Positions 58,673-64,000 of a DNA stretch of 64,000 nt are shown here, piece after piece; the stretch's first letter is position 1; each line of letters opens with the position of its first letter. This DNA is from Brevibacterium luteolum (GTDB lineage: Bacteria; Actinomycetota; Actinomycetes; Actinomycetales; Brevibacteriaceae). The translations under genes were made by a program, and so were the position numbers. Where the stretch lies: contig NZ_JABEMC010000003.1 in assembly GCF_013004595.1 (NCBI RefSeq), positions 62,001 through 126,000 on the forward strand. The letters run 5' to 3'. The notes under the pieces are model-generated. The model was not told where the DNA came from. It searched no databases and was given only the letters and a program-made list of their open reading frames with translations.

Positions 58673-60049
58673 GTGAAGAGCTCCGTCGAGAATCTCGACC
58701 CGACTCGGGTCAAGCTCAGCGTTGAAGCGCCTTATGCCGAACTCAAGCCGAGCATCGACGAGGCATACAAGGAGATCTCCAAGCAGATCACCGTCCCCGG
58801 CTTCCGCCGCGGCAAGGTTCCGGCCCGCATCATCGACCAGCGCGTCGGCCGTCCGGCCGTCCTGCAGGAGGCCGTCAACAACAGCCTGGACGATTTCTAC
58901 CGCCAGGCTCTGAACGAGAACGACGTCCGCCCGCTCGGCAGCCCCGAGGTCGAGGTCTCCGAGATCCCCGGACTCGACGGAGCCGAAGAGGGCAACCTCG
59001 TCTTCACCGTCGAGGTGGACTGCATGCCGAGCATCGAGCTGCCGGCCTACGACTCCATCGAGGTCGAGGTCGACACCTACGAGGTCACCGACGAGGACAT
59101 CGACAAGGAGATCGACGAGCTGCGTGCCCGCTTCGGCACCCTCAACCCGGTCGACCGTCCGGCCGCTGAAGGCGACTTCGTCACCATCGACCTGACCGCC
59201 AAGGTCGATGACGAGGTCATCGACGAGGCCACCGACATCTCCTACGAGGTCGGCGCCGGCACCATGATCGACGGTCTCGACGATGCTCTTGTCGACCTGT
59301 CCGAGGGCGAGGAGACCACCTTCAACACGACGTTGGCCGGTGGAGAGCACAAGGGTTCTGAGGGAGTCGTCACCGTCAAGCTCAACGCCGTCAAGGAGCG
59401 CGTCCTCGCTGATGCCGATGACGACTTCGCTCAGATGGCCTCTGGTTCGGACACCATCGAGGAGCTGCGCGAGGAGACCCGCGAGAGCGTCGCCAAGCAG
59501 AAGGAGCTCGAGCAGAGCGTCCAGGCGCGCGAGAAGGTTCTCGACGCCCTGCTGGAGACGGTCGAGCTGCCGCTGCCGGAGAAGTTCCTCGCCGAGGAGG
59601 TCTCCCGCCAGGCTGAGGCCGCCGGTGTCGAAGAGGGCGACGAGCGCTACCAGGAGATCCAGGACGAGACTGCCAGGGCCGTCCGCACCCAGTTCCTGCT
59701 CGACGCGATCGCTGAGAAGGAAGAGGTCGAGGTCTCCCAGGCCGAGCTCATCGAGTACATCATGGCGATGGCCCAGCAGTACGGCATGCAGCCCCAGGAG
59801 TTCATCCAGATGCTGCAGTCCTCCGGCCAGGTGCCGGCCATCAGCGGAGAGGTCGCCCGCCGCAAGGGCCTGGCTGCTGTCCTCGCTGAGGCCAAGGTCG
59901 TCGACACCGACGGCAACGCCGTCGACATGACGAAGTTCGTCACCCCGGAGTCCGAAGAGGACGACGAGGAAGGCGACGACACCGACGACGCTGAGGCCGA
60001 CGAGACTGCTGAGGCAGCCGACGACGCCGAGGCTGAGAAGCAGGACTGA
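58673..60049 (+). CDS. tig: Trigger factor
   Basis: PGFRRGKVP ribosome-binding motif, an FKBP-like domain, and an acidic tail. Confidence 0.96.
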   Translation: MKSSVENLDPTRVKLSVEAPYAELKPSIDEAYKEISKQITVPGFRRGKVPARIIDQRVGRPAVLQEAVNNSLDDFYRQALNENDVRPLGSPEVEVSEIPGLDGAEEGNLVFTVEVDCMPSIELPAYDSIEVEVDTYEVTDEDIDKEIDELRARFGTLNPVDRPAAEGDFVTIDLTAKVDDEVIDEATDISYEVGAGTMIDGLDDALVDLSEGEETTFNTTLAGGEHKGSEGVVTVKLNAVKERVLADADDDFAQMASGSDTIEELREETRESVAKQKELEQSVQAREKVLDALLETVELPLPEKFLAEEVSRQAEAAGVEEGDERYQEIQDETARAVRTQFLLDAIAEKEEVEVSQAELIEYIMAMAQQYGMQPQEFIQMLQSSGQVPAISGEVARRKGLAAVLAEAKVVDTDGNAVDMTKFVTPESEEDDEEGDDTDDAEADETAEAADDAEAEKQD

Positions 60050-60073
60050 CCTGCTGCTCACCAGCCGCTGAGA

Positions 60074-60105
60074 CAGGGCGGGCACGGGAGACCGTGCCCG
60101 CCCTG
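60074..60105 (+). terminator. Terminator after tig
   Basis: CAGGGCGGGCACGG-gaga-CCGTGCCCGCCCTG perfect stem. Confidence 0.75.
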
Positions 60106-60126
60106 CGCCGTCTGTGATCAACCCTC

Positions 60127-60144
60127 ATATGCTGAGGGCGAACA
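60127..60144. promoter_or_regulatory. Candidate ClgR operator upstream of clpP1
   Basis: The minus strand reads TGTTCGC-CCTCA-GCA, one mismatch from GTTCGC-N5-GCG. A TAGAGT -10 box lies at 60183. Confidence 0.55.
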
Positions 60145-60222
60145 CAAGGCGGTGCGGGACTAAAACCCGGTGCCGACGGGTTAGAGTCCAGTAAGCATGG
60201 AACCGAACCACAGGAGTGACAC

Positions 60223-60855
60223 GTGACGACACACGAGTACGCCTCCCAGCCGGTCGCGCAGGACAAGCCGGCAGGACTGGGACTGGATGATCACATCTTC
60301 AACCGGCTGCTCAAGGAGCGCATCATCTGGTTGGGTTCAGAGGTGCGCGACGAGAACGCCAACGCCATCTGCGCGCAGATGATGCTGCTGGCAGCCGAGG
60401 ATCCCGACCGCGATATCTGGCTCTACATCAACTCACCCGGCGGCTCGGTCACCGCGGGCATGGCGATCTACGACACCATGCAGTACATCCGCCCCGACGT
60501 CGGCACCGTCGCCATGGGTATGGCCGCCTCGATGGGACAGTTCCTGCTGTCCTCGGGTGCGAAGGGCAAGCGCTACGCCACCCCGCACGCCCGGATCCTC
60601 ATGCACCAGCCGCTGGGCGGCATCGGCGGCACCGCCACCGACATCAAGATCCAGGCCGAGCTCATCCTGCACATGAAGAAGCAGATGGCCGAGCTGACCG
60701 CCGAGCAGACCGGCAAGTCCCTGGAGCAGATCCTCAAGGACAATGACCGCGACCACTGGTTCACCGCTGATGAGGCCCTCGACTACGGGTTCATCGACAA
60801 GGTCATCACGAAGTCCGACGACCTCGACGGCGAAACCTCGCTCAACGAAGCATAA
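60223..60855 (+). CDS. clpP1: ATP-dependent Clp protease proteolytic subunit 1
   Basis: [17 protein letters not shown], and DRD. Confidence 0.95.
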   Translation: MTTHEYASQPVAQDKPAGLGLDDHIFNRLLKERIIWLGSEVRDENANAICAQMMLLAAEDPDRDIWLYINSPGGSVTAGMAIYDTMQYIRPDVGTVAMGMAASMGQFLLSSGAKGKRYATPHARILMHQPLGGIGGTATDIKIQAELILHMKKQMAELTAEQTGKSLEQILKDNDRDHWFTADEALDYGFIDKVITKSDDLDGETSLNEA

Positions 60856-60865
60856 GGAGACATAG

Positions 60866-61510
60866 ATGACTCGTATCGATCCCTGGAGCACCGCCGGTGC
60901 GATGCCGACCTCGCGCTATGTCATGCCGCAGTTCGAAGAGCGCACTCCGTACGGCTTCAAGCGGCAGGACCCCTACACCAAGCTGTTCGAGGACCGTGTC
61001 ATCTTCCTCGGCGTGCAGGTCGACGACACGTCTGCCGATGACGTCATGGCCCAGCTGCTCGTCCTCGAATCGCAGGATCCGGACCGTGATATCACGCTCT
61101 ACATCAACTCTCCGGGCGGTTCGTTCACCGCGCTGACGGCGATCTACGACACGATGCAGTACATCAAGCCCGAGATCCAGACCGTCTGCCTCGGTCAGGC
61201 CGCCTCGGCTGCCGCTGTGCTGCTGGCTGCCGGCACCCCGGGCAAGCGCCTGGCGCTGCCGAACGCCCGTGTGCTCATCCACCAGCCGGCCATGCAGGGC
61301 CAGGGCCACGGCCAGGCCTCGGACATCGAGATCCAGGCCGCCGAGGTGCTGCGCATGCGCACTTGGCTGGAGGAGACGCTGGCCAGGCACACGAACAAGT
61401 CCGCTGACCAGATCTCCAATGACATCGAACGCGACCTGTTCCTCACCGCCGAGCAGGCCAAGGAGTACGGCCTGGTTGACCAGGTGCTCTCCTCGCGCAA
61501 GAACGCCTGA
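60866..61510 (+). CDS. clpP2: ATP-dependent Clp protease proteolytic subunit 2
   Basis: [25 protein letters not shown], and IHQP. Confidence 0.95.
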   Translation: MTRIDPWSTAGAMPTSRYVMPQFEERTPYGFKRQDPYTKLFEDRVIFLGVQVDDTSADDVMAQLLVLESQDPDRDITLYINSPGGSFTALTAIYDTMQYIKPEIQTVCLGQAASAAAVLLAAGTPGKRLALPNARVLIHQPAMQGQGHGQASDIEIQAAEVLRMRTWLEETLARHTNKSADQISNDIERDLFLTAEQAKEYGLVDQVLSSRKNA

Positions 61511-61534
61511 GGACAGCCGCCGACAGCGCAGCCT

Positions 61535-61571
61535 CGCCGGCCCGCACCCCGTTTCGGAGTGCGGGCCGGCG
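61535..61571 (+). terminator. Hairpin after clpP2
   Basis: CGCCGGCCCGCAC...GTGCGGGCCGGCG inverted repeat. Confidence 0.65.
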
Positions 61572-61774
61572 CCGTCTGCGAAGCAGCGGCCTGATCGGCC
61601 CAGACGCGCACCTCACGGTCGCCGCCGTAGCGGTGTCCGAGCAGTTCTCCGGGGCTGTGCCGACACGCGCCTCCTCAGGTGGCAGGCGATGTCTGTGCCG
61701 TGTGACATGCTGTTGAGGTACTGAACAGAAGCGGGTTAGGCTGATAGCGTGTGCCCCTTGGAAAGGTTGTGACC

Positions 61775-63040
61775 GTGGCGCGCAAGAGCGATAGTGCAGA
61801 TCTTCTCAACTGCAATTTCTGCGGCAAGTCGCAGAAGCAGGTTCGCAAGCTCATTGCCGGTGGCGGTGTCTACATCTGCGATGAGTGCATCGGGCTGTGC
61901 AACGAGATCATCGAAGAGGAGCTCAATCAGCCGCTGGCCGAGGTCGAGGAGACCGAGCTGCCCAAGCCGCAGGAGATCTACGATTTCCTGCAGAAGTACA
62001 TCGTCGGTCAGGAGCCCGCGAAGAAGGCCCTCGCCGTGGCGGTGTACAACCACTACAAGCGCATCCGCGCCTCCCGCAGCCTCGATGACGACGACATCGA
62101 GATCTCCAAGTCCAACATCCTGCTCGTCGGTCCGACCGGTTCTGGCAAGACCTATCTCGCTCAGACGCTGGCGAAGAAGCTGAATGTGCCCTTCGCTGTC
62201 GCCGATGCCACCGCCCTGACCGAGGCCGGCTACGTCGGTGAGGATGTTGAGAACATCCTGCTCAAGCTCATCCAGGCCGCTGACTTCGATGTCGAGCGCG
62301 CCCAGACCGGCATCATCTACATCGACGAGATCGACAAGATCGCCCGCAAGGCCGAGAATCCCTCCATCACCCGCGATGTCTCCGGTGAGGGCGTGCAGCA
62401 GGCGCTGCTGAAGATCCTCGAAGGCACCCAGGCGTCGGTGCCGCCGCAGGGTGGGCGCAAGCACCCGCATCAGGACTTCATCCAGATCGACACGACCAAT
62501 GTGCTCTTCATCGTCGCCGGCGCGTTCGCCGGTCTGGAGGAGATCATCTCCTCTCGGAAGGGCAAGCACGGCATCGGCTTCGGCGCGATGCTGCAGTCGA
62601 AGAACGACGCTGAGGACATCTACAGCCAGATGCTGCCCGAAGACCTGTTGAAGTTCGGGCTCATCCCCGAGTTCATCGGCCGTCTGCCGGTCATCGCCAC
62701 CGTTTCCAACCTCGACCGCGATGCGCTCATGACGATCCTGACCGAACCCCGCAACGCACTGGTCAAGCAGTACCAGCGGATGTTCGAGTTCGACAACGTC
62801 GAACTCGAGTTCGAGCACGAGGCCCTTGAGGCGATCGCCGACCTCGCGCTGCTGCGCGGCACCGGCGCTCGCGGCCTGCGCTCCATCATGGAAGAGGTCC
62901 TGCAGCCGGTCATGTTCGATGTGCCCAGCCGCGACGACGTCGAACGCGTCGTCATCACCAAGGATGTCGTCGACTCGAATGTCGCTCCGACGATCGTACC
63001 GCGCAAGGCGCAGCCGGCCCGCCGGAAGAAGTCGGCCTGA
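61775..63040 (+). CDS. clpX: ATP-dependent Clp protease ATP-binding subunit
   Basis: C4 zinc finger (CNFC..CDEC), [15 protein letters not shown], and IGF loop. Confidence 0.97.
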   Translation: MARKSDSADLLNCNFCGKSQKQVRKLIAGGGVYICDECIGLCNEIIEEELNQPLAEVEETELPKPQEIYDFLQKYIVGQEPAKKALAVAVYNHYKRIRASRSLDDDDIEISKSNILLVGPTGSGKTYLAQTLAKKLNVPFAVADATALTEAGYVGEDVENILLKLIQAADFDVERAQTGIIYIDEIDKIARKAENPSITRDVSGEGVQQALLKILEGTQASVPPQGGRKHPHQDFIQIDTTNVLFIVAGAFAGLEEIISSRKGKHGIGFGAMLQSKNDAEDIYSQMLPEDLLKFGLIPEFIGRLPVIATVSNLDRDALMTILTEPRNALVKQYQRMFEFDNVELEFEHEALEAIADLALLRGTGARGLRSIMEEVLQPVMFDVPSRDDVERVVITKDVVDSNVAPTIVPRKAQPARRKKSA

Positions 63041-63132
63041 CCCCTCACTCTCGGAAGAGTCTGCGTGAGGTCAGGTGTGCACTCAGTAGACCGTTCTGCA
63101 GTCGCTGGGCCTTGACGCCCATGACGCATAGT

Positions 63133-63163
63133 CAACCATTAAGCTACAGCAGCTGAATGGTTG
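63133..63163. promoter_or_regulatory. Probable ArsR-type operator
   Basis: CAACCATTAAGCT-acagc-AGCTGAATGGTTG, a 13-bp inverted repeat with one mismatch. Confidence 0.6.
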
Positions 63164-63186
63164 CACTATTGCCTCAGGGAGCAGTC

Positions 63187-63517
63187 ATGGCACATCTCAT
63201 CATCAACCGCGGCATTGAGATCGCTGCGTCCGCTCCAGCCGCCCTCCCGCTGATCTCACAGCGCGGGTGGTTCATCAACGGCGGAGAGCCGCTCGACGGC
63301 CCGCTGAAGCCGTCGTCGCCGGGGAGCTTTCGGTGACGCTCATCGAGTTCTTCATCACTGAAGGACCCGAGGGTGTGACGCTGCGTGTGCGCGAACCCGG
63401 ATTTGACAACCTCGATGCCGGCGGCATGGCCCTGCGGGCCTGGAGCTCGTCCTGGCCAAAGCCGCCTTGGAGCAGACTGCTGGCCCGTACGCAGATGCGG
63501 GGGCAGAGGCGCGATGA
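63187..63517 (+). pseudogene. Degraded SRPBCC/AHSA1-domain gene
   Basis: IINRGIEIAAS..GWFIN, then TLIEFFI..GVTLRVRE.GF, then GLELVLAKAALE, spread across different frames. Confidence 0.65.
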
Positions 63518-63865
63518 GCCGCCTCGGCACCGACGAGACAGTGCAAGTCCTGCGCGCGTCAGGGGGGGAGAGAACACCAGGTGGGAGCTCATACTCCGGC
63601 TCGGGCAGGCACCGGCATCGGCCTCAGGGCTGCAGCACGAACTCAGCATCTCCCGCCGGGCATCATGAAGCACCTGGAGATTCTGCGCGAGGCGGGTCTC
63701 GTCTCGGCCGAGCGTGACGGGCGGGCCGTTGTCTATCAGGTGGCACCGGCACGCCTCGGCGACATCGCTGCTGCGCTCGAAGAGCTCAGCAGAACCGGTG
63801 CCTGGCTGCGATCAGACGAGCCGCAGAGACCGGCGAGAGCGCCGCAGACTGAGCGGCTGTGCTGA
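63514..63865 (+). pseudogene. Frameshifted ArsR/SmtB regulator
   Basis: MSRLG..VLRA / TRWELILRLGQAPASAS.L..EL.ISR / IMKHLEILREAGLV..ERDGR.V.Y lie in three frames. Confidence 0.75.
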
Positions 63866-64000
63866 CCTGTGCCGGCTCAGGACGTCTCCGCTGGCTGCAC
63901 GACGACGAAGCCCGGACCGTGGAAGCGCATCTGGATGCCCTCACCCGAACCCCGGCCGAAGAATGAGCCGAGGGTGACATCGGTGTGGATGTCCGGAGCG

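Overview
This is a high-GC actinobacterial chromosome segment. Gene order and proteins suggest Micrococcales, possibly Brevibacterium (inference). Most of it is conserved core genome: kgd/odhA, guaB1 plus two CNNM/CBS genes, an M15 peptidase, tRNA-Arg(CCG)-argS-lysA-hom-thrC-thrB-rho-prfA-prmC-tsaC-wecA, the full atp operon, murA, nucS, a FilP-like coiled-coil protein, a thiolase, tRNA-Arg(UCU), a pair of dynamin-like GTPases, a second ssb, ettA, thioesterases, a truncated globin, mscS, pepN, a DsbA-like gene, rpiB, tRNA-Gly/tRNA-Pro, and tig-clpP1-clpP2-clpX. There are three accessory patches: a lower-GC aldehyde dehydrogenase/SnoaL pair at the left edge, a cmtR-cadA heavy-metal cassette with gene remnants between tRNA-Pro and tig, and a frameshifted SRPBCC-ArsR pair at the right edge. 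The most interesting unannotated signals are (1) a leaderless 53-codon uORF coupled by TGATG to the CNNM transporter operon, (2) a tRNA-Arg(UCU) with a non-canonical body, and (3) a helically phased GTnACA array upstream of the cell-wall peptidase. I saw no CRISPR array, integrase or transposase. All calls come from motif recognition; no database searches were run.
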